The notes beneath the pieces are model-generated. The model searched no databases and was not told the DNA's origin. It worked only from the letters and a program-made list of their open reading frames with translations. Positions 1 through 19,749 of a DNA stretch of 64,000 bases are shown here, in pieces. Every line of letters starts with the position of its first letter. Position 1 is the first letter of the stretch. The DNA is from the human T2T-CHM13v2.0 reference genome, Homo sapiens: assembly GCF_009914755.1 (NCBI RefSeq), contig NC_060948.1. One strand, written 5' to 3'. Made by a program: the position numbers and the translations under genes.

Positions 1-1495
1 ATATAATATATATAACCTATGTATAATATTGTTTTACATCCTGCATCTTATGTTATATATATTGTATAAAATATAATAATTGATAATATATAAGTTTTAT
101 AATTATACAATATGACATATGGTATATATTATAATTTATGACATATATAATATATGTTATATATCATATGTAGAATATATTATACGGTTAATATACGTAT
201 TAAATATAAATTATACATTATATATATTATATATAATATATCTGTTATATATAATACCCATTATGCATAATATATATATTATGTCTATGTTATATATAGT
301 ATAAAACAACATATAATAATATATAATTGTATATATAAAATGCGACATATAATATATATTATATTTTATAACATATGTAATTTATATTATATATTATATA
401 TAATACGTTGTATGTATAATACCTATATTAAATATATATTATATGACTATGTTATTAATTACATGTCACATGTGTTATATATTATATATTTTACATAGAA
501 TATACCGGTTACATACAATATATACTATGTTACCTATAATGTGTAATTTATTACCTGTAAAATAAAGAATGCAATATATTATGTATAATTTATAATATAC
601 AATATGTGGAATGTGATATATATAACATATAATATATGATACATGATATACAGTATATGATATATAACATACAATATATGATTCCTAATATATATGGTAT
701 ACAATATATATTTTATGATATGTATTCTATATGTTTTATATTCTGTTATATATAACTATTTGAAATTATATATAACTGTATAATATTTTATGTAAATATG
801 TAATATAATATATATAACTATATAATATATTATATATAACTATATATTTTGTTATATATACTTTTATAACATAATTTACATAAAATATCATAATATAATA
901 TATATTATATTATTTCATATTACATAATATATATTACATATCACCCAATATAACTAACATACATAATATTATAATATAGATTATATTATGTTATATTAAA
1001 TATCATATATATCATGTATCATATATTCTATAATATATATTACACTTTATATAATATGGATGTTGTCTATTATGTGATATATATAACTATATATATAATT
1101 ATATTTTTATACATATAACTAGATAAACATGTAATTCTACATATTTTCATTTATAATATGTAGAATTATATAATCATATATAATTATTTATATTCTATAA
1201 AAAATTTTATCATTATATAAATTATAATATATAAAAATTATAATATGTACTACAAATATATATATTATATATCATATATGATATAGTACCTTTGTTATAT
1301 ATCATAATACATGTAAATGTGTATTATGTTATCTATAATTATATAATTTCATATATAAGATATATAATATGTATCATATATTATATATGTTATGTAATAT
1401 ATATAGTATATATAAGATGACACAGGATAAATATTATATACTATGACATATAAAATATATGAGGTTATATGTTACATATAAGGCATAGCACATAA

Positions 1496-1810
<315 letters not shown>

Positions 1811-2380
1811 AGATCCATATTTTTTAAATGAAAAAAAATTTCAAAGGTACTCTGCTTGGTACAATAATCAAATGTATAAACTGAGGAATAAAACATAACC
1901 ATGAAACCTACTTATAACTGCATATGGAAAATACAGAGGATAATTTTTTAAATAACATATTTTGAAAGCCTTAACTAGTAATTTGAAGAGTTGGCATTTG
2001 AAAGGCCAGTATGAATGTACCTTCAAAGCAGCAACACAGGTTCCCCATGAGAAAAAGCAAACACAGGGAAAATAAAAACACAAAGGTTCAATCTCTTCTG
2101 ACCTTTGAAAGACACAGCACAGACAGTGGTCCTTAGGACGAAGAGCAGGAGACCCCTAATTCCGTCACCATGGCGATAGGGCATAAACATTGCTGGGTGA
2201 GGGCACAATCCACATTGTGAGGTCCAACTGCTGCCAGGAAGACAGGAGTGCTTTTACATAGACCGAAAGGTCATTGAAGGCTCAGAGTTTTGTTTCAAGA
2301 ACTGAATCCCAAGCCCACACGTTATTAGGCTGCGCTTCTTAAAACAAGTTATGAGATGGGAAAAAGGGCACCCACAAACA
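1811..2380. repeat. HSATI-type, more GC-rich segment of the DYZ2 unit (representative copy)
   Basis: Complex ~570 bp sequence following each Alu, repeated at 4227, 6647, 9067, 12765 and 15154. The name comes from the known DYZ2 architecture, not from a database hit. Confidence 0.8.
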
Positions 2381-4796
2381 TACGTATACATTATGTATAA
2401 TAATATACAGTATCATATATATAATATATATAAACTATGTATAATATTGTTTTACATCCTGCATCTTATGTTATATATATTGTATAAAATATAATAATTG
2501 ATAATATATAAGTTTTATATTTATACAATATGACATATAGTATATATTATAATTTATGACATTTATAATATATGTTATATATCATATATAGAATATATTA
2601 TACGGTTAATATACGTATTAAATATAAATTATACATTATATATATTATATATAATATATCTGTTATATATAATACCCATTATGCATAATATATATATTAT
2701 GTCTATGTTATATATAGTATAAAACAACATATAATAATATATAATTGTATATATAAAATGCGACATATAATATATATTATATTTTATAACATACGTAATA
2801 TATATTATATATTATATATAATACGTTGTATGTATAATACCTATATTAAATATATATTATATGACTATGTTATTAATTACATGTCACATGTGTTATATAT
2901 TATATATTTTACATAGAATATACCGGTTACATACAATATATACTATGTTACCTATAATGTATAATTTATTACATGTAAAATAAAGAATGCAATATATTAT
3001 GTATAATTTATAATATACAATATGTGGAATGTGATATATATAACATATAATATATGATATATGATATACAGTATATGATATATAACATACAATATATGAT
3101 TCCTAATATATATGGTATACAATAAATATTTTATGATATGTATTCTATATGTTTTATATTCTGTTATATATAACTATTTGAAATTATATATAACTGTATA
3201 ATATTTTATGTAAATATGTAATATAATATATATAACTATATAATATATTATATATAACTATATATTATGTTATATATACTTTTATAACATAATGTACATA
3301 AAATATCATAATATAATATATACTATATTATTTCATATTACATATTATATATTACATATCACCCAATATAACTAACATACATAATATTATAATATAGATT
3401 ATATTATGTTATATTAAATATCATATATATCATGTATCATATATTCTATAATATATATTACACATTATATAATATGTATGTTATCTATTATGTGATATAT
3501 ATAACTATATATATAATTATATTTTTATACATCTAACTAGATAAACATGTAATTCTACATATTTTCATTTATAATATGTAGAATTATATAATCATATATA
3601 ATTATTTATATTCTATAAAAAATTTTATCATTATATAAATTATAATATATAAAAATTATAATATGTACTACAAATATATATATTATATATCATATATGAT
3701 ATAGTACCTTTGTTATATATCATAATACATATAAATGTGTATTATGTTATCTATAATTATATAATTTCATATATAAGTTGTATAATATGCATCATATATT
3801 ATATATGTTATGTAATATATATAGTATATATAAGATGACAGGATAAATATTATATACTATGACATATAAAATATATCAGGTTATATGTTACATATAAGGC
3901 ATAGCACATAACATGTAATATATATCATATATAATTTTTTTTTAGACAGAATCTTGTCCTGTTGCACAGGGTCGGGTACAATGGCGCCATGTTTGCTCAC
4001 TGCAACTTCTGCCTCACGGGTCCAAGCGATTGTCCTCCCTCAGCCTCCCAGGTAGCTGGGACTACACCACACTGGGACTACACCAGCTGCCACCATGCCT
4101 AGCTAATTTTTTGTATTTTTAGTAGTGACAGCGTTTCACTGTATTGGCCAGGATGGTCTTGATCTCTTCACCTTGTGATCCCCTTGCCTTGGCCTCCAAA
4201 TTTGCTGGGATTACAGGCCTGAGCCAAGATCCATATTTTTTAAATGAAAAAAAATTTCAAAGGTACTCTGCTTGGTACAATAATCAAATGTATAAACTGA
4301 GGAATAAAACATAACCATGAAACCTACTTATCACTGCATATGGAAAATACAGAGGATAATTTTTTAAATAACATATTTTGAAAGCCTTAACTAGTAATTT
4401 GAAGAGCTGGCATTTGAAAGGCCAGTATGAATATACCTTCAAAGCAGCAACACAGGTTCCCCATGAGAAAAAGCAAACACAGGGAAAATAAAAACACAAA
4501 GGTTCAATCTCTTCTGACCTTTGAAAGACACAGCACAGACAGTGGTCCTTAGGACGAAGAGCAGGAGACCCCTAATTCCGTCACCATGGCGATAGGGCAT
4601 AAACATTGCTGGGTGAGGGCACAATCCACATTGTGAGGTCCAACTGCTGCCAGGAAGACAGGAGTGCTTTTACATAGACCGAAAGGTCATTGAAGGCTCA
4701 GAGTTTTGTTTCAAGAACTGAATCCGAAGCCCACACGTTATTAGGCTGCGCTTCTTAAAACAAGTTATGAGATGGGAAAAAGGGCACCCACAAACA
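2381..4796. repeat. DYZ2 unit 2 (2416 bp)
   Basis: Starts TACGTATACATT; repeated ORF-track peptides are offset by 2416 from unit 1. Confidence 0.93.
3935..4226 (-). mobile_element. Diverged Alu in DYZ2 unit 2
   Basis: Copy of 1519-1810. Confidence 0.95.
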
Positions 4797-7216
4797 TACG
4801 TATACATTATGTATATAATAATATACAGTATCATATATATAATATATATAACCTATGTATAATATTGTTTTACATCCTGCATCTTATGTTATATATATTG
4901 TATAAAATATAATAATTGATAATATATAAGTTTTATAATTATACAATATGACATATAGTATATATTATAATTTATGACATATATAATATATGTTATATGT
5001 CATATATAGAATATATTATACGGTTAATATACGTATTAAATATAAATTATACATTATATATATTATATATAATATATCTGTTATATATAATACCCATTAT
5101 GCATAATATATATATTATGTCTATGTTATATATAGTATAAAACAACATATAATAATATATAATTGTATATATAAAATGCGACATAGAATATATATTATAT
5201 TTTATAACATATGTAATATATATTATATATTATATATAATACGTTGTATGTATAATACCTATATTAAATATATATTATATGACTATGTTATTAATTACAT
5301 GTCACATGTGTTATATATTATATATTTTACATAGAATATACCGGTTACATACAATATATACTATGTTACCTATAATGTATAATTTATTACATGTAAAATA
5401 AAGAATGCAATATATTATGTATAATTTATAATATACCATATATGGAATGTGATATATATAACATATAATATATGATATATGATATACAGTATATGATATA
5501 TAACATACAATATATGATTCCTAATATATATGGTATACAATATATATTTTATGATATGTATTCTATATGTTTTATATTCTGTTATATATAACTATTTGAA
5601 ATTATATATAACTCTATAATATTTTATGTAAATATGTAATATAATATATATAACCATATCATATATTATATATAACTATATATTATGTTATATATACTTT
5701 TATAACATAATTTACATAAAATATCATAATATAACATATATTATATTATTTCATATTACATAATATATATTACATATCACCCAATATAACTAACATACAT
5801 AATATTATAATATAGATTATATTGTGTTATATTAAATATCATATATATCATGTATCATATATTCTATAATATATATTACACATTATATAATATGTATATT
5901 GTCTATTATGTGATATATATAACTATATATATAATTATATTTTTATACATATAACTAGATAAACATGTAATTCTACATATTTTCATTTATAATATGTAGA
6001 ATTATATAATCATATATAATTATTTATATTCTATAAAAAATTATATCATTATATAAATTATAATATATAAAAATTATAATATGTACTACAAATATATATA
6101 TTATATATCATATATGATATAGTACCTTTGTTATATATCATAATACATATAAATGTGTATTATGTTATCTATAATTATATAATTTCATATATAAGATGTA
6201 TAATATGTATCATATATTATATATGTTATGTAATATATATAGTATATATAAGATGACACAGGATAAATATTATATACTATGACATATAAAATATATGAGG
6301 TTATATGTTACATATAAGGCATAGCACATAACATGTAATATATATCATACATAATTTTTTTCCAGACAGAATCTTGTCCTGTTGTACAGGGTGGGGTACA
6401 ATGGCGCCATCTTTGCTCACTGCAACTTCTGCCTCACGGGTCCAAGCGATTGTCCTCCCTCAGCCTCCCAGGTAGCTGGGACTACACCACACTGGGACTA
6501 CACCAGCTGCCACCATGCCTAGCTAATTTTTTGTATTTTTAGTAGTGACAGCGTTTCACTGTATTGGCCAGGATGGTCTTGATCTCTTCACCTTGTGATC
6601 CGCTTGCCTTGGCCTCCAAATTTGCTGGGATTACAGGCCTGAGCCAAGATCCATATTTTTTAAATGAAAAAAAATTTCAAAGGTACTCTGCTTGGTACAA
6701 TAATCAAATGTATAAACTGAGGAATAAAACATAACCATGAAACCTACTTATAACTGCATATGGAAAATACAGAGGATAATTTTTTAAATAACATATTTTG
6801 AAAGCCTTAACTAGTAATTTGAAGAGTTGGCATTTGAAAGGCCAGTATGAATATACCTTCAAAGCAGCAACACAGGTTCCCCATGAGAAAAAGCAAACAC
6901 AGGGAAAACAAAAACACAAAGGTTCAATCTCTTCTGACCTTTGAAAGACACAGCACAGACAGTGGTCCTTAGGACGAAGAGCAGGAGACCCCTAATTCTG
7001 TCACCATGGCGATAGGGCATAAACATTGCTGGGTGAGGGCACAATCCACATTGTGAGGTCCAACTGCTGCCAGGAAGACAGGAGTGCTTTTACATAGACC
7101 GAAAGGTCATTGAAGGCTCAGAGTTTTGTTTCAAGAACTGAATCCCAAGCCCACACGTTATTAGGCTGCGCTTCTTAAAACAAGTTATGAGATGGGAAAA
7201 AGGGCACCCACAAACA
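4797..7216. repeat. DYZ2 unit 3 (2420 bp)
   Basis: Same tripartite unit at the canonical length. Confidence 0.93.
6355..6646 (-). mobile_element. Diverged Alu in DYZ2 unit 3
   Basis: Copy of 1519-1810; the T tract ends TTCCAGAC in this copy. Confidence 0.95.
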
Positions 7217-9635
<2,419 letters not shown>

Positions 9636-10917
9636 TACGTATACATTATGTATATAATAATATACAGTGTCATATATATAATATATATAACCTGTATATA
9701 ATATTGTTTTACATCCTGCATCTTATATATATTGTGTAAAATATAATAATTGATAATATATAAGTTTTATATTTATACAATATGACATATAGTATATATT
9801 ATAATTTATGACATATATAATATATGTTATATATAATATATAGAATATATTATACGGTTAATATACGTATTAAATATAAATTATACATTATATATATTAT
9901 ATATAATATATCTGTTATATATAATACCCATTATAGATAATATATATATTATGTCTATGTTTTATATAGTATAAACCAACATATAATAATATATAATTGT
10001 ATATATAAAATGTGACATATAATATATATTATATTTTATGACATTTGTAACATGTATTATATATTATATATATTACGTTGTATGTATAATACCTATATTA
10101 AATATATATTATATGACGATGTTATTAATTACATGTCACATATGTTATATATTATATATTTTACATGGAATATACCGGTTACATATAATATATACTATGT
10201 TACCTATAATGTATAATTTATTACATGTAATATAATGAATGTCATATATTATATATAATTTATAATATACAATATGTGGAATGTGATATATATAACATAT
10301 ATGATATATGATATAAAGTATATGATATATAACATACAATATATGATACGTAATATATATGGTATACAATATATATTTTATGATATGTATTCTATATGTT
10401 TTATATTCTGTTATATATAACTATTTGAAATTATATATAACTGTATAATATTTTATGTAAATATGTAATATAATATATATAACTATATAATATATTATAT
10501 ATAATTATATTTTATGTTATATATACTTTTATAACATAATTTACATAAAATATAATAATATAAAATATATTATATTATTTCATATTACATAATATATATT
10601 CAATATCACCCAATATAAGTAACATACATACTATTAAAATATAGATTATATTATGTTATATTAAATATCATATATATCATGTATCCTATATTCTATAATA
10701 TATATTATGCATTATATAATATGCATGTTGTCTATTATGTGATATATATAACTATATATATAATTGTATTATTATACATATAACTATATAAACATGTAAT
10801 TCTATATATTTTCATTTATAATATATAGAATTATATAATCATAATTATTTATATTCTATAAAAAATTATATCATTATATAAATTATAATGAGATGGGAAA
10901 TAGGGCACACACAAACA
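9636..10917. repeat. DYZ2 unit 5, internally deleted (1282 bp; no Alu, almost no HSATI segment)
   Basis: AT-rich sequence AATTATAAT joins directly to GAGATGGGAAA at 10888-10890. Confidence 0.92.
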
Positions 10918-15723
<4,806 letters not shown>

Positions 15724-16626
15724 TATCTATACATTATGTATATAATAATATATAGAATCATATATATAATATATGTAACATATATATATAATACTGTTTT
15801 ACATCCTGCAGTTATATTATATATATTATATGTATTATAATAACTGGTAATGTATAAGTATTATATTTATACACTGTGACATATAATAATTATATTTTAT
15901 GCCGTATATAATATATATTATATATCATATACCAAATATATTATATGGTTAATATACGTATTAAATATATAATATACATTATAAATATTATATCTACGTT
16001 ATATATAACATTCACTATAGTTAATATATATATTATATCTAGCTTATATATAATATAAAATAACATATAATAATATATAACTGTATATATAAAATATGAC
16101 ATATAATATATATTATATTTTATGACATATATATGATATGTATTATATATTATATATAATATGTTGTAAGTATAATACATGTATTAAATATATATTATAT
16201 GTCTATGTTATTAATTATATGTAATATATGTTATATATTACATATTTGATATGGAATACACATGTTACATAGAATATATTCTATGTTACATATAACGTAG
16301 AATTTATTATGTGTAATATAATGTATGGCATATATTATAAATTCCTTATAATATACAATATGTGGAATGTGATATATATAACTTGTAATATATGATATAT
16401 GATATACAATATATGTTATATAACATACAATATATGATACATAATATATATGGTATAGAATATATATTTTATGTTATATATTATATATGTTTTATATTTT
16501 ATTATATATAAATATTTAAAATTATATATAACTGTATAATGTTATACGTAAATATATAATATACTACATATAACCATATATTATGTTATATAAAATTTTA
16601 TTACATACTTTCCATAATATATCATA
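15724..16626. repeat. DYZ2 unit 8, truncated ~900 bp into the AT-rich part by the DYZ1 junction
   Basis: Parallels 13335-14236 and stops at ATAATATATCATA. Confidence 0.9.
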
Positions 16627-16843
16627 TGGACTCCTTTGGAATGGTCTAGTATGCAATGCAATCGACTGGCAGGGAATTAAAAGGAATGCAATCGAATGGA
16701 TTGCACAGGAATGCAATGGACTCGAATAGATTGGAAACAGAATGCAAAGGAATGGAATGGAATAGTATGGAATGGAATGGAAAGGAATGGAGTGGAATAG
16801 ACTAGAGTAGAATGGAATTTACTCGAAAGCAATGGACTGGAAT

Positions 16844-16858
16844 AGAACTTTCTTGAAT
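16844..16858. promoter_or_regulatory. Consensus heat-shock element (site C; recurs per monomer, e.g. 19623, 23167)
   Basis: aGAActTTCttGAAt matches nGAAnnTTCnnGAAn. Motif only; binding not shown. Confidence 0.5.
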
Positions 16859-18321
16859 GGGCTGGAATCAAACGGAATGGAATGCTGTGCAATCAAATAG
16901 AATGAAAGAGAATCAAATCCAATCGAATGGATTGGAAAGGAATTGACTGAAATGGAATGGACTAGAATGGAAGGCAAAGGAATGGAATCTATAGGAATGG
17001 ACTGTAATGGAATGGAATGGAAGGGATTGGAATGGAATCGAATGGAATGGACTGCAATAGAAAGGATTCGAATGGAATGAAAAAGAATTGAATGGAATAG
17101 AACAGAATGGAATCAAATCGAATGAAATGGAATGAAATAGAAAGGATTCGAATGGAATGCAATCGAACGGAATGGAATCGAACGGAATGGAATAAAATGG
17201 AAGAAAACTGGCAAGAAATGGAATCGAAATGAATGGAGTGTTATGGAACGGACTCAAAAGGAATTGAATGTAATAGAATGGAGTGGAGTGGACTCGAATA
17301 TAATGGACTGGAATGGAATGAAATCACATGGAATGGGAACGAATGGAATGGAATGGAAAGGAATGGAATCGAATGGAAAGGAATCGAATGGAAGGGAATG
17401 AAATTGAATCAACAGGAATGGAAGGGAATAGAATAGACGGTAATGGAATGGACTCGAATAGAATGGACACGAATGCTCAAATTGAATGGACTCGAATGGA
17501 ATGGAAACGAAAGGAATGTCATCGAATGTAATTGAATCGATTGGAATGAAATCGCATAGAATGGAGTGGAATCAAATGGAATTGAGTCGAAAGGAAAGGA
17601 AGCGAATGGACTGAAATGAAATGGAATGGAATTGAATGGAAAGTAATGCAATGGAATAGAATGGAACGAAATTTCACGGAATGGAATCAAACTGAATGGA
17701 ATCAAATCAATGGAATCAAATCAAATGGAATGGAAAGGAATTGAATGGAGTAGATGGGATTGGATGGGATTGGAATGAAATGTACTGGAAAGAACTCGAA
17801 TTTCATGAAACGGAATGGAATGAATTGGAACGGAATGGACTCGAATGGAATGGAATGTCATGGAATGGCATCAAATGGAATGGCATCAAATGGAATGGAA
17901 TCGAATGCAATGGAATGCTATGGAATGGAATGGAATGCATTGGAATGGAATGTCCTCTAATGGAATGGATTCGAGTGGAATGGAATCGAATATAATGGAG
18001 TCGAATGAAATGGAATTGAAAGGAATGGGACCGAATACAATGGAATATACTGGAATGTAATGTAATGAACTCGAATGTAATTGACTGCAATGGAATGTAC
18101 ATGAATGGAATGTAATCGAATGGAAAGTAATCCAATGGAATAGAATCTAATGCAATAAAATCGACTCAAATAGAATAGAATGTAATGGAATGGAGTGCAG
18201 TGCAATGGAATGGAATGGAATGGAATGCAGTGGAATGGAATGGAATGGAATGCAATGGAATGGAATGTATTAGAATGTAATGAACATTAATGGAATGTAC
18301 TCGAATGGATTCGACTGGAAT

Positions 18322-18336
18322 GGAATGTTCTGGAAG
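18322..18336. promoter_or_regulatory. Consensus heat-shock element (site A; recurs per monomer, e.g. 21866)
   Basis: gGAAtgTTCtgGAAg matches nGAAnnTTCnnGAAn. Motif only. Confidence 0.5.
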
Positions 18337-18601
18337 TTTATGGACTCCAATGGAATAGATTCGAAAGGAATGGAATCGAACGGAATGGAATCTAATGGAA
18401 TGGAATTAAATGGAAATGAATCAAATTGAATAGCACGGAATTGAATTGAATGGAATAGAATGCAATGTAATCTAATGAAACAGAAAGGAAAGGAATGGAA
18501 TGGAATGGAATGGGCTGGAATGGAATGGAATCGAAACGAATGGAATGGAATCGAACTAAAGAGACTGGAATGGAATGCACTGGAATGGAAGGGAGTGTAA
18601 T

Positions 18602-18616
18602 GGAAGGTTCTCGAAA
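18602..18616. promoter_or_regulatory. Consensus heat-shock element (site B; recurs in most monomers, e.g. 22146)
   Basis: gGAAggTTCtcGAAa matches nGAAnnTTCnnGAAn. Motif only. Confidence 0.5.
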
Positions 18617-19749
18617 AAAATGGAATCGAATGGAATGGAATTGAATGGAACGGAATAGAGTCGAATGGAATTGAATGGAATGGAATGGACTAGAGTGAAA
18701 TGGAATCGAACCACAAGGAATGGACAGGAATAGAATGGTCTCGAATTGAATGGAATCGTATGGAATGGCATCAAACGGAATGGAATGGACAGCCACGGAA
18801 TGGAATGCACTCGAATGCAATGGAGTCGAAACTAATGGACTGGAATAGAATGGACTCGACTGGTACGGACTCCAATGGAATGGAATCGAATGGAAGGGAA
18901 TCGAACAGAATGGACTCGAAGGGAAAAGACTGCAATGGAAAGGTCTCGAATGGAATGGAAATTAATGGAATGGAATGGAATCGAATGAAGTGGAGTCAAA
19001 AGGAATGGAATCGAATGGCAAGAAATCGAATGTAATGGAATCGCAAGGAATTGATGTGAACGGAACGGAATGGAATGGAATCCAAAGGAATGGAATAGAA
19101 TGGAATGGAATCAAATGGAAAGGACTCGAATGGAAATCACTCGAATAGAATGCAATTTCATAAAATAGGATCAAATGTAATGCAATGGAATGGAAAGGAA
19201 TCGAAACGAAAGGAATGGAGACAGATGGAATGGAATGTAACAGAGAGCAATGGTATAGAATGGAATGGAATCATCTGGAATGGAATTGAATGGAATGCAA
19301 TAACATGAAATGGAATGGAATGGAATGGAATGCCCTTGAATTAAATGGACTGGAATGGAATGGACTCGAACAGAGTGTAATGGAAAGTGTTGAAATAGAA
19401 TGGAATGGACTCGTTTGGAATGGTCTAGTATGCAATGCAATCGACTGGCAGGGAATCAAAAGGAATGTAATCGAATGGATTGGACTGGAATGCAATGGAC
19501 TCGAATAGATTGGAAACGGAATGCAAAGGAATGGAATGGAATAGTATGGAATGGAATGGAAAGGAATGGAGTGGAATAGACTAGAGTGGAATGGAATGGA
19601 CTCAAAAGCAATGGACTGGAATGGAACTTTCTTGAATGGACTGGAATCAAACGGAATGGAATGCAATGCAATCAAATGGCATGGAATAAAATAGAATGAA
19701 AGAGAATCAAATGGAATTGAATGGAATGGAATCGAATGGATTGGAAAGG

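Larger units (their letters stand above)
16626..19404 (+). repeat. First DYZ1 monomer, shortened to 2779 bp
   Basis: Lacks 680 bp equivalent to ~21100-21780 plus five small deletions totalling 90 bp. Confidence 0.9.

Noticed and set aside
1868-2208. Repeated 61-77 aa minus-strand ORFs in the HSATI-type segment
   Set aside because: They recur only because the unit is repeated, the 71-aa ORF is lost in units 4 and 7, and they resemble no protein I recognise.
17699-17730. DUX4-like motif (GAATCAAATCA) once per DYZ1 monomer
   Set aside because: It mismatches the TAAYYYAATCA consensus and arises easily from pentamer decay; too weak to call.
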